Below are positions 9,813-18,387 of a DNA stretch of 64,000 nucleotides, piece after piece. Origin of the DNA: an uncultured Planctomycetales bacterium (GTDB taxonomy: Bacteria; Omnitrophota; Gorgyraeia; Zapsychrales; JAHFFX01); contig CAYJRN010000002.1 of assembly GCA_964372915.1 (NCBI GenBank), positions 65,409 to 129,408 of the forward strand, read 5' to 3'. The notes under the pieces were generated by a model. The model saw nothing but the letters and a program-made list of their open reading frames with translations. It ran no database searches and was not told the origin of the DNA. The number at the start of each line of letters is the position of its first letter. The first letter of the stretch is position 1. The position numbers and the translations under genes were made by a program.

Positions 9813-9851
9813 ATTTGTTGAGATTGCTTAAAATAAGTCAGGAAGAAGTCT

Positions 9852-11267
9852 ATGGGAAAAACAATGTATGAAAAAATATGGGAGGATCATCTCGTTTACG
9901 ACAGTAAAGGCGAGACCTCCGTGATTTACGCGGATCGGCATCTGGTGCATGAGGTGACGTCCCCTCAGGCCTTTGAGGGACTCCGCTTAACTCAAAGAAA
10001 GGTGCGCGCCCCGCAGAAAACATTTGCGACGATGGACCACAACGTTTCCACGCGCACCAAGGATTTTTCCCGCACAGAAACAATGTCTCGAATTCAAATG
10101 GAAACCTTGACGAAGAATTGCGAGGAATTCGGCATCACTCTTTATGATTTTCAGCATCACGACCAAGGCATTGTCCATGTGATTGGGCCGGAACTGGGGA
10201 TCACTCAACCCGGGATGGTGATCGTTTGTGGAGATTCGCATACGTCCACTCACGGGGCGTTCGGAGCGCTCGCTTTTGGGATCGGCACCTCGGAAGTCGA
10301 ACATGTCCTGGCCACACAAACGCTTCAGCAGCAAAAAGCCAAAGCCATGCTGATTTCCATCGATGGGAACTTAGGTTTTGGCGTCACCCCCAAAGATATC
10401 ATCCTTTATATCATCGGCCAAATCGGAACGGCTGGGGCCACCGGTTATGTCGTTGAGTATGCCGGCAGTGCCATTCGAAATTTCAGTATGGAAGGCCGGA
10501 TGACGATTTGTAATATGAGTATCGAGGCGGGGGCTCGGGCCGGAATGATCGCGCCGGATGAAATCACTTTTGAATATTTGAATGGTCGGGATTTTGCTCC
10601 GAAGAACACAGATTGGAAAAAAGCGGTTGCCTATTGGAAAAAGCTCCCTAGCGATACGGATGCCAAATTCGACAAAGTGATCAAAATTAAAGCGGAAGAG
10701 ATCGAACCGCAAGTCACCTGGGGCACGAGTCCTGGGCAGGTAACCTCAATTAATGGGGTAGTTCCGAATCCGGAAACCATTTCTAATCCGGTCGAACGGG
10801 CGGCGGCAAGAGACGCGCTTCAATATATGGGTCTTCAACCCAACACTCCCATGACGGCCATTCCCGTTGACAAAGTCTTCATAGGTTCCTGTACCAACGC
10901 GCGGATTGAAGACCTTCGTCTAGCCGCTTCATTAGCTAAGGGCAAAAAGGTGGCTTCGAAGGTGTATGCCATCGTCGTGCCAGGCTCCGGCCGGGTGCGT
11001 GAGCAGGCCATGAAGGAAGGATTGGATAAAATTTTTACTGCCGCCGGATTTGAATGGCGCTTTGCCGGATGTTCGATGTGTCTGGGCATGAATGATGATC
11101 AGCTCAAAAAAGGCGAACGCTGCGCCTCGACGAGCAATCGGAACTTTGAAGGCCGTCAAGGTCCCGGCGGACGCACGCATCTGATGAGCCCGCAGATGGC
11201 CGTGGCGGCGGCCATTGAAGGCCACATCACCGATGTTCGAAAATTTCTCAAAAAGGAAACCCCGTAA
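9852..11267 (+). CDS. leuC: 3-isopropylmalate dehydratase large subunit
   Basis: N-terminus [15 protein letters not shown]. Aconitase-family Cys ligands. Confidence 0.9.
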   Translation: MGKTMYEKIWEDHLVYDSKGETSVIYADRHLVHEVTSPQAFEGLRLTQRKVRAPQKTFATMDHNVSTRTKDFSRTETMSRIQMETLTKNCEEFGITLYDFQHHDQGIVHVIGPELGITQPGMVIVCGDSHTSTHGAFGALAFGIGTSEVEHVLATQTLQQQKAKAMLISIDGNLGFGVTPKDIILYIIGQIGTAGATGYVVEYAGSAIRNFSMEGRMTICNMSIEAGARAGMIAPDEITFEYLNGRDFAPKNTDWKKAVAYWKKLPSDTDAKFDKVIKIKAEEIEPQVTWGTSPGQVTSINGVVPNPETISNPVERAAARDALQYMGLQPNTPMTAIPVDKVFIGSCTNARIEDLRLAASLAKGKKVASKVYAIVVPGSGRVREQAMKEGLDKIFTAAGFEWRFAGCSMCLGMNDDQLKKGERCASTSNRNFEGRQGPGGRTHLMSPQMAVAAAIEGHITDVRKFLKKETP

Positions 11268-11322
11268 AGCGGCTTTCTCTACGGGGTAAACGACGGGTGT
11301 TTAAAAATAAGGAATAGAAAAC

Positions 11323-11937
11323 GTGGAGCCGTTCAAAACACATACGGGAATTATCGCGCCTCTTGGTCGGGCCAACATTGACACCGACGCGATTATCCCA
11401 AAACAGTTCCTTCGCAAGATCGAGCGGACCGGTTTCGGCGTGCATCTTTTTCATGAATGGCGTTATTGGGATTATGAAGGCACCCAGGAGAATCCAGCTT
11501 TTGTTTTGAACCAAGCGCCGTATCGGAAAGCCAGCGTTCTTCTCACCAGGGACAATTTCGGTTGCGGGTCAAGCCGCGAGCACGCGCCGTGGGCGTTGGG
11601 CGATTTCGGTTTTAAAGTGATTATCGCGCCGAGCTTTGCCGACATCTTTGCCAATAACTGTGTCAAGAACGGAATTCTACTGGTTGTTTTAAAGTCCCAA
11701 GAAGTGGATGAGTTGTTCAAGATTGCTCAAACGGAAATTGGCGCGCGAGCGACGGTTGATCTAACGAAGCAAACCCTATTCGGTCCGCAGGGAAAGAGTT
11801 ATTCATTCGCGATCAATAGTTTTTCCAGAAATTGTTTGCTCAAGGGCTTGGATCAAATCGGTTGGACACTGCAATTTTCCAACCGAATCGAAGCTTATGA
11901 AAAGAAACTTGAAAAAGCAAAACCTTGGTTAGCATAA
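11323..11937 (+). CDS. leuD: 3-isopropylmalate dehydratase small subunit
   Basis: GTG start. Motif [16 protein letters not shown]. Immediately downstream of leuC. Confidence 0.85.
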   Translation: MEPFKTHTGIIAPLGRANIDTDAIIPKQFLRKIERTGFGVHLFHEWRYWDYEGTQENPAFVLNQAPYRKASVLLTRDNFGCGSSREHAPWALGDFGFKVIIAPSFADIFANNCVKNGILLVVLKSQEVDELFKIAQTEIGARATVDLTKQTLFGPQGKSYSFAINSFSRNCLLKGLDQIGWTLQFSNRIEAYEKKLEKAKPWLA

Positions 11938-11947
11938 AGGGATCTTT

Positions 11948-13639
11948 ATGAAGAAAAAAGAGAAACGAGATCTTCATCGCGCGGCTTCGAGTATCGTGAT
12001 TGACGGTTACGAACGCGCTCCCAGTCGGGCCATGTTAAGAGCCGTCGGTTTTAAAGACGCGGACTTCAAAAAATCCCAGATCGGCATTGCTTCCACCTGG
12101 AGCATGGTGACGCCATGCAATATGCACATCGATCAACTGGCCCAGAAAGCTGTTCAGGGCGTTGATGAAAACGGCGGCAAGGCGGTCATTTTTGGAACGA
12201 TCACCGTGTCGGATGGTATTTCCATGGGCACCGAAGGGATGAAATATTCCTTGGTGTCACGGGAAGTGATTGCCGATTCCATAGAAACCGTCGTGGGCTG
12301 CGAAGGATTCGATGGGCTCGTGGCCGTCGGGGGTTGTGACAAAAATATGCCCGGATGTGTGATGGCCATGGCGCGTTTGAACAGACCCGGGGTTTTTGTC
12401 TACGGCGGAACCATTTTGCCCGGATGTCACAAAAATAAAAACGTTGATATCGTTTCAGTCTTTGAAGCGGTGGGGGCGCGGGCCAATCATAGAATTGACG
12501 ATCAGGAATTGTTGGAAATTGAATCCTGCGCTATTCCCGGCCCGGGATCTTGCGGCGGGATGTACACGGCGAATACCATGGCCTCGGCCATTGAAGCCTT
12601 GGGGATGAGCCTGCCTAATTCTTGCGCGCAAGCCGCGATTTCTCCGGAAAAGGAAAAGGATTGCTATGAAGCCGGCAAGGCCGTTTTGAATTTAATCCAT
12701 CTGGGGATCAGGCCTAAAGACATCATGACCAAAAAGGCCTTTGAAAATGCCATTACGGTCGTGATTGCTTTAGGCGGCTCAACCAATGCCGTCTTGCATC
12801 TTCTGGCCATGGCGCATTCGGGGGGCGTTAAACTTACCATCGATGATTTCACGCGGATCGGCAAAAAAGTTCCGGTTCTGGCTGACTTAAAGCCCAGCGG
12901 CAAATACGTGATGGCTGAATTGGTCAATATTGGCGGTACATTGCCTTTGATGAAGATGCTTCTTGATGCCGGGTTTTTGCATGGGGATTGCCTGACCGTT
13001 ACTGGAAAAACCGTTCGCGAAAATCTCGCCAACGTGAATCCCTATCCCCGCGGGCAGAAAATTATCCATCCCTTTCATGATCCCATCAAAAAGAACAGTC
13101 ACATTATTATTCTTTATGGGAATTTGGCCCGCACCGGCGCGGTGGCCAAAATTTCCGGCAAAGAAGGGAATCAATTCAGTGGAACAGCCCGCGTCTTTGA
13201 ATCGGAGGAAACGGCTTTAAAAAGAATTCTGGATGGGACCATTCAAAAAGGCGATGTGATTGTGATCCGTTACGAAGGCCCCAAGGGCGGTCCGGGCATG
13301 AGGGAGATGCTCGCTCCTACTTCTGCCGTGATGGGGAAAGGTTTGGGTAAAGATGTCGCTCTGATTACCGATGGACGTTTTTCCGGAGGCAGTCACGGAT
13401 TCGTCGTGGGCCATATTACGCCGGAGGCGTATGTCGGCGGAGTTTTGGCCATCGTCAAGAATGGCGATATGATTACGATCGATGCCGGTAAGCGCGAAAT
13501 CAATCTGAATGTTTCGCAAGCCGAAATTAAAAAAAGGCTAAAGCAATGGAAACAACCCAAGCCCCAATATACAATGGGGGTGTTAAGTAAATACCTGAAG
13601 GCTGTTAGTTCCGCGCATTTAGGCGCGGTGACGGATTGA
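11948..13639 (+). CDS. ilvD: Dihydroxy-acid dehydratase
   Basis: 563 aa ILVD/EDD family with a CPGxG Fe-S cluster motif region. Confidence 0.9.
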   Translation: MKKKEKRDLHRAASSIVIDGYERAPSRAMLRAVGFKDADFKKSQIGIASTWSMVTPCNMHIDQLAQKAVQGVDENGGKAVIFGTITVSDGISMGTEGMKYSLVSREVIADSIETVVGCEGFDGLVAVGGCDKNMPGCVMAMARLNRPGVFVYGGTILPGCHKNKNVDIVSVFEAVGARANHRIDDQELLEIESCAIPGPGSCGGMYTANTMASAIEALGMSLPNSCAQAAISPEKEKDCYEAGKAVLNLIHLGIRPKDIMTKKAFENAITVVIALGGSTNAVLHLLAMAHSGGVKLTIDDFTRIGKKVPVLADLKPSGKYVMAELVNIGGTLPLMKMLLDAGFLHGDCLTVTGKTVRENLANVNPYPRGQKIIHPFHDPIKKNSHIIILYGNLARTGAVAKISGKEGNQFSGTARVFESEETALKRILDGTIQKGDVIVIRYEGPKGGPGMREMLAPTSAVMGKGLGKDVALITDGRFSGGSHGFVVGHITPEAYVGGVLAIVKNGDMITIDAGKREINLNVSQAEIKKRLKQWKQPKPQYTMGVLSKYLKAVSSAHLGAVTD

Positions 13640-13711
13640 TTTGGTGGTTCGTTGTTCGGTGTTCGTCATTCGTTGACGAACAACGAGCCACGAACAACAA
13701 ACAACGGAAAT

Positions 13712-14779
13712 ATGGCAAGTAATTCATTCGGACAAATTTTTCGTATCACAACCTTTGGCGAAAGCCACGGGCCCGCTATCGGTGTTGTTATCGATGGCGT
13801 TCCGCCGGGCCTTGCTATTAGTGAAGCCGATATTCAAATCGACTTAGATCGCCGCCGCCCTGGGCAAAGTACCATTACGACCCAGCGCCAAGAGACGGAC
13901 AAAGCGGAAATCCTTTCCGGGATTTATGAAGGTAAAACCACCGGCTCACCGGTAGCCATCCTTATCCGTAATGAAGACCAGCGCTCCAAAGATTATTCCA
14001 ACATCAAAGACGTGTTTCGTCCGGGGCACGCGGATTTCACGTATTTTGTCAAATACGGTATCCGCGATTACCGCGGCGGCGGGCGTTCCTCCGGCCGGGA
14101 GACGGCTTGCCGTGTGGCCGCCGGCGCTATTGCCAAAAAATTCCTTGCCCGAGAGGGTATGACCATAACCGCCTATACTTTGGCTGTTAACGGCATTTAT
14201 GCCAAAAGAATCGATTTGTCGGTGATTGAAAAGAATCTCGTACGCGCTCCCGATCTTGAAGGGGCGGAATTGATGATCAAAAGAATTGAAGAAGCGCGCA
14301 AGGATGGAGATTCGTTGGGCGGGATTGTCGAGGCTCTCATCAAAGGCACTCCAGCGGGCTTAGGCGATCCCATCTATGACAAGCTCTCGGCCAAATTGGC
14401 TTATGGTCTCATGTCTATCGGAACAATTAAGGGCGTTGAAATTGGTTCCGGTTTTGAAGTCGCCAAGCTGCGCGGCAGTGAAGCCAACGATATCTTCTAT
14501 ACGAAAGATGGAAAAGTCCATACTAAAACCAATCATTGCGGCGGCATCCTGGGAGGGATTTCGACCGGAGAAGATATCGTGGTGCGCGTGGCCGTTAAAC
14601 CGGCTTCCTCCATCGCCAAATTTCAAGACACGATCGACCAAAATCTACAAAAGACCAATGTCCAAGTCAAAGGCCGCCATGACCCTTGCATTTGTCCACG
14701 GGTGGTTCCCGTCGTGGAGGCCATGATAGCCGTCACCCTTGCCGATTGTCTGCTGCTCCAAAAAAGTATTCAGAAATAA
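13712..14779 (+). CDS. aroC: Chorismate synthase
   Basis: N-terminus SFGQIFRITTFGESHGPAIGVVIDGVPPGL. ATG at 13712 chosen over the longer ORF start. Confidence 0.85.
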   Translation: MASNSFGQIFRITTFGESHGPAIGVVIDGVPPGLAISEADIQIDLDRRRPGQSTITTQRQETDKAEILSGIYEGKTTGSPVAILIRNEDQRSKDYSNIKDVFRPGHADFTYFVKYGIRDYRGGGRSSGRETACRVAAGAIAKKFLAREGMTITAYTLAVNGIYAKRIDLSVIEKNLVRAPDLEGAELMIKRIEEARKDGDSLGGIVEALIKGTPAGLGDPIYDKLSAKLAYGLMSIGTIKGVEIGSGFEVAKLRGSEANDIFYTKDGKVHTKTNHCGGILGGISTGEDIVVRVAVKPASSIAKFQDTIDQNLQKTNVQVKGRHDPCICPRVVPVVEAMIAVTLADCLLLQKSIQK

Positions 14780-14805
14780 TCCAGCTTCCCTCGATCAATT
14801 CTTCT

Positions 14806-15687
14806 ATGAATAAATCTCTTCAACCTAAAGTCATTTTGATTACAGGCTGCTCCAGCGGATTTGGTTTTTTGACGGCCGCCCGCTTGGCGGCAAGCGGTCA
14901 TTATGTTTTTGCGACCATGAGAGACTTGAGTAAGAAGGAAGCGCTTTTCGAGGAAGTCGATCGCCGTCATGGAAAAATCAACCTTCTACCATTGGATGTG
15001 ACGAGTCAAGAATCTATCCGTTCAGCGGTTAAGAGTATCGCCGGTCAACATGGAACCATCGATGTCCTGGTTAACAATGCCGGCTACGGAATCGGAGGGG
15101 CCTTTGAGGATTTGAGCGATGAGGATATCCGTCGACAAATGGACGTCAATTTTTTTGGCGTTCAAAATGTGACGCGTCAGGTTATTCCGCTTATGCGATC
15201 AAGGAAAAGCGGCAGGATCATTAATATTTCCAGCCTCGCGGGAATTCAGGCGAGCCCTTGTTTCGGAGCCTACAACGCCAGCAAATGGGCGCTGGAGGGT
15301 TTTTCCGAAAGTCTTCGCTATGAGCTTAAATCTTTCGGCATCGACGTGCTTTTGGTGGAGCCGGGAACGTATCGCACGCCTATTTTCTATGCCAATGCCC
15401 GGTATGCTCAGAATTTTCATAATCCTTCGAGTCCGTATTATTCTCTTAACCAATTTCTTTTAAAAAAAGTAATGACTCACCTCGATCGCTGCCGAAAAAA
15501 TCCTGAAAATGTGGCTACTCTCGTGGAAGAGCTTATCTCTGCAGCCAATCCGTCCTTTAGAAATCATCCCGACTTTGAAGCCAAGGCTATTTATCTTTTG
15601 AGGAAGATACTGCCATTTGGCGTTTACGAAAGGATGATGAAAAGTTTCTTATTGAGCGGTTTTAAGGGTTCGCCGTCCGGGCGCTAA
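14806..15687 (+). CDS. SDR family NAD(P)-dependent oxidoreductase
   Basis: TGCSSGFG Rossmann motif and YxxxK (YNASK) catalytic motif. Confidence 0.7.
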   Translation: MNKSLQPKVILITGCSSGFGFLTAARLAASGHYVFATMRDLSKKEALFEEVDRRHGKINLLPLDVTSQESIRSAVKSIAGQHGTIDVLVNNAGYGIGGAFEDLSDEDIRRQMDVNFFGVQNVTRQVIPLMRSRKSGRIINISSLAGIQASPCFGAYNASKWALEGFSESLRYELKSFGIDVLLVEPGTYRTPIFYANARYAQNFHNPSSPYYSLNQFLLKKVMTHLDRCRKNPENVATLVEELISAANPSFRNHPDFEAKAIYLLRKILPFGVYERMMKSFLLSGFKGSPSGR

Positions 15688-15698
15688 AGTTTTTCCTA

Positions 15699-16358
15699 TC
15701 AGGCCATTCCCATTCTTTCCCCGAGAAATTCTTTGAGGTTCCGATACTGAAGATAGGGGTTGGTGCGTTTTTGATTGGCGAGGGTGTCAAATTCCAAGGG
15801 GCCGTAATTGTGCCCGGGGTAAAGAACTGTTTGATCCGGCAGCTTCATGATCACAGTGTCAAGGGAGTGATACATTTGTTTGGGGTCGCTTCCGGGCAGA
15901 TCACAACGCCCGCAGCCGTCAATAAAAATCGTGTCACCGGAAATAAGGATATCGTGTTCTGGAGAATAAAAACACTGACAGCCCGGCGAATGGCCCGGGG
16001 TGTGGAGGCACTCAAGTTCAAGATTGCCGACTCGGAGTTTTTCGTTGGCAGCGACTTCTTTGAGATTTTTGTGACGGGGTTTGTAAATCGTTGCTTCGTG
16101 TCGAGAAATAAACGCCGGGACATTGTGGAGGGAAAGGATTTCCGCAAGACCGTTGACGTGATCAGGGTGGCCGTGGGTTAAAAGAACACTGGTGACTTTA
16201 TAGTTTAATTTTTGAGCCTGCTGTACAAGAAAATCAACATCCCAGGCCGGGTCAACGACAGCGATTTCCTTGCTTAAAGGATCCCCGATGAAATAAAGGA
16301 AATTCTGTAAGGGCCCGAGTTCAAATTGTTCAAGGATGATTTTAGAAGGTTTAGTCAT
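15699..16358 (-). CDS. MBL-fold metallo-hydrolase (glyoxalase II-like)
   Basis: HxHxDH motif (LLTHGHPDHVNG). Confidence 0.7.
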   Translation of the reverse strand: MTKPSKIILEQFELGPLQNFLYFIGDPLSKEIAVVDPAWDVDFLVQQAQKLNYKVTSVLLTHGHPDHVNGLAEILSLHNVPAFISRHEATIYKPRHKNLKEVAANEKLRVGNLELECLHTPGHSPGCQCFYSPEHDILISGDTIFIDGCGRCDLPGSDPKQMYHSLDTVIMKLPDQTVLYPGHNYGPLEFDTLANQKRTNPYLQYRNLKEFLGERMGMA

Positions 16359-16482
16359 GAGTTTATAAATTTGAATCCATTATATTCCCTTGAGGAAAGA
16401 CCCACAAGGGGAATTTGTAACCCTGTCAAGCCAAATGAGAAATGTCCTAGTATGGTGCATCTAACGCTTCTTGACATTTGGG

Positions 16483-16561
16483 TGTCATTGCGAGCGAAGC
16501 GAAGCAATCTCTTAAAGGATTGCTTCGTCGTCGCTGTAAAACGCTCCTCCTCGCGATGACA
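16483..16561. repeat. Palindromic repeat family A, copy 2 (short variant)
   Basis: tgtcattgcgagcgaagcgaagcaatctcttaaaggattgcttcgtcgtcgc...ctcgcgatgaca. ORF 16326..16559 is merely its translation. Confidence 0.7.
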
Positions 16562-16667
16562 CAATAACAAGAATTCAAATATAAATAGATTTATGACGCG
16601 CCACGCTAGGTAGTAAGATGTCCATAGCGAACGTAGGCGGTCGTTATGGAGATCGGGAAGGACATAA

Positions 16668-17027
16668 TCATGATGAGCAGCGAAGAGTTAAGGCGGATAG
16701 GAATCATCAAGAAGGTGTTGGCCCAAGAGATCAATCAGCAAGAAGCGAGTGAAGTGATAGGGGTCAGTGATCGGTAAGTGAGGAGAATCGTAGCGCGGGT
16801 AAGAAAAGAAGGAGAACGAGGGGTGATACACCGGTTGCGTGGGCAAGAAGGAAACATATCGGGAATGGCTGTTCCGAGATGTTGAAGAATTAACGCAGTT
16901 TGGGCGGGCCTGCCGGCAGTTAGGAGTCGAGTTGATTTATGCGGATACCCCGCAGGCCAAAGGGCGGGTTGAACGATTGTTTGAGGCGTTTCAAGATCGG
17001 CTGGTCAAAGAGATGCGTGCAGCTTAA
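16668..17027 (+). pseudogene. Transposase remnant (ISNCY/IS481 family): N-terminal HTH with internal stop fused to a C-terminal fragment, with the DDE core deleted
   Basis: The N-terminus MMSSEELRRIGIIKKVLAQEINQQEASEVIGVSDR is followed by a TAA stop and then VRRIVARVRKEGERGVIHRLRGQEGN, which resembles the MSxxELKRxxIxxxVLEGRLTQxEAAxxLGLSxRQVRRLLKRYREEG N-termini of this family. The C-terminal fragment LGVELIYADTPQAKGRVERLFEAFQDRLVKEMR resembles the conserved integrase-like tail. Confidence 0.55.
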
Positions 17028-17077
17028 CCCAAAATTAGGACATTTCTAATTTGGCTTGACAGCCTTTGTTTTACCGC

Positions 17078-17106
17078 TTGACATTTCATCCCGAAATACT
17101 TATATT
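17078..17106 (+). promoter_or_regulatory. Sigma70-like promoter (TTGACA - 17 nt - TATATT) upstream of the guaB-like gene
   Basis: Consensus -35 with a 17-nt spacer, located just outside the IS remnant's right inverted repeat. Confidence 0.45.
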
Positions 17107-17193
17107 ATAGGTCATTATTTACTGCTCAATTTTGCCGATGATCAACGATTCAACGATTTTCGTTTTATTTTCTCCAGGGGGTTTTAAGAGTCT

Positions 17194-18354
17194 ATGGCGG
17201 AGTGGATAGGCATTGGCCGTAGGGCCAGAAGATGTTACGGTTTTGATGAGATAGCCCTTGTGCCGGGCAGGCTAACCGTTAATCCCAATGAAGTCGACGT
17301 CACCTGGAAGATTGACGGCCTCAAATTCGAAATTCCCATTCTTGCCGCAGCGATGGATGGTGTTGTGGACGTTAAGTTTGCGGCTGCCATGGGGCAGTTG
17401 GGAGGGATCGCGGTTTTAAATCTGGATGGTGTCCAAACCCGTTACGAACATCCGGATAAGGTCTTAGGCGAAATTGCCAGGGCATCCTCTGAAGAAGCCA
17501 CCAAACTCGTTCAAACTATTTATCTCCAACCGGTTAAGGAAAAACTCATCGCCAAGCGCATCAAAGAAATCAAAACAAAAAAAGTCCCCGCCGTTGTCAG
17601 TTGCATCCCTCAAAATGCCAAGAAATTCGCTGAAATTGCCCAAGACGCCGGGTGCGATATTTTCGTCGTTCAATCCACCGTCGCGACCGTCAAGCACGTT
17701 TCCAAAGAATACAAGGTTTTTGATCTACAGAAATTCTGCAAGGAAACAAAAATCCCCGTCATCATCGGCAATTGTGTGACCTACGACGTGGCCTTGGAAT
17801 TGATGGAAGCCGGCGCCTCGGGGCTTTTGGTCGGCATTGGGCCGGGCGCCGCCTGTACGACCCGCGGTGTTTTGGGCATCGGCATTCCGCAGATCACCTC
17901 GACGGTGGATTCGGCGGCAGCCAGAGATTATCATTTTAAGAAGACCGGGAAGTATATTCCTATCATCACCGATGGCGGCATGCGCATCGGTGGAGAAATC
18001 TGCAAGGCCTTTGCCGCCGGCGCTGATGCCTGCATGGTGGGTTCCGCGTTTGCCAAAGCCATCGAAGCTCCCGGAAAAGGATTTCATTGGGGCATGGCCA
18101 CCTCGCATTCCAATCTTCCTCGCGGCACCCGTATCAAAGTGGGGACGACCGGTTCCGTCAAGGAAATTCTGTTCGGTCCTGCCAAAGTGGACGACGGATC
18201 CCAGAATCTCGTCGGGGCCCTCAAAACCTCGATGGGTTCCCTGGGCGCCGCCAACATCAAAGAGATGCATGATGTCGAAATCATCATCGCGCCTTCCATT
18301 CAAACGGAAGGAAAAGTCTTTCAGGTCGGCCAGCGTGTCGGCATGGGCAAGTAG
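17194..18354 (+). CDS. guaB: IMP dehydrogenase family protein lacking the CBS subdomain
   Basis: IMPDH/GMPR TIM-barrel motifs (PILAAAMDGVVD, GGIAVL, active-site loop GIGPGAACTTR, GGMRIGGEICKAFAAGADACMVGS). 386 aa with no CBS pair. Immediately upstream of guaA. Confidence 0.75.
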   Translation: MAEWIGIGRRARRCYGFDEIALVPGRLTVNPNEVDVTWKIDGLKFEIPILAAAMDGVVDVKFAAAMGQLGGIAVLNLDGVQTRYEHPDKVLGEIARASSEEATKLVQTIYLQPVKEKLIAKRIKEIKTKKVPAVVSCIPQNAKKFAEIAQDAGCDIFVVQSTVATVKHVSKEYKVFDLQKFCKETKIPVIIGNCVTYDVALELMEAGASGLLVGIGPGAACTTRGVLGIGIPQITSTVDSAAARDYHFKKTGKYIPIITDGGMRIGGEICKAFAAGADACMVGSAFAKAIEAPGKGFHWGMATSHSNLPRGTRIKVGTTGSVKEILFGPAKVDDGSQNLVGALKTSMGSLGAANIKEMHDVEIIIAPSIQTEGKVFQVGQRVGMGK

Positions 18355-18387
18355 TTTCCCAGCCATCATCAAGAAAAGATAAAGACC

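Larger units (their letters stand above)
16423..17062. mobile_element. Degenerate insertion sequence (ISNCY/IS481-like deletion derivative) bounded by about 27-bp terminal inverted repeats
   Basis: Left repeat ctgtcaagccaaatgagaaatgtcctag and right repeat ttaggacatttctaatttggcttgacag match at about 25 of 27 positions. The interior holds a transposase N-terminal HTH fragment with an in-frame TAA, a C-terminal fragment, and a family A palindrome. Confidence 0.6.

Noticed and set aside
16326-16559. 77-aa ORF on the plus strand (…WVSLRAKRSNLLKDCFVVAVKRSSSR)
   Set aside because: Its C-terminal half is a direct translation of the family A palindromic repeat and the rest is IS-remnant flank. It is a repeat-generated artefact, not a gene.
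16458-17090. cgcttcttgacattt (16463) and ccgcttgacattt (17076) as a target-site duplication of the IS remnant
   Set aside because: They are direct repeats, but one lies inside and one outside the inverted repeats. The similarity is more likely promoter-like -35 sequence than a target-site duplication.
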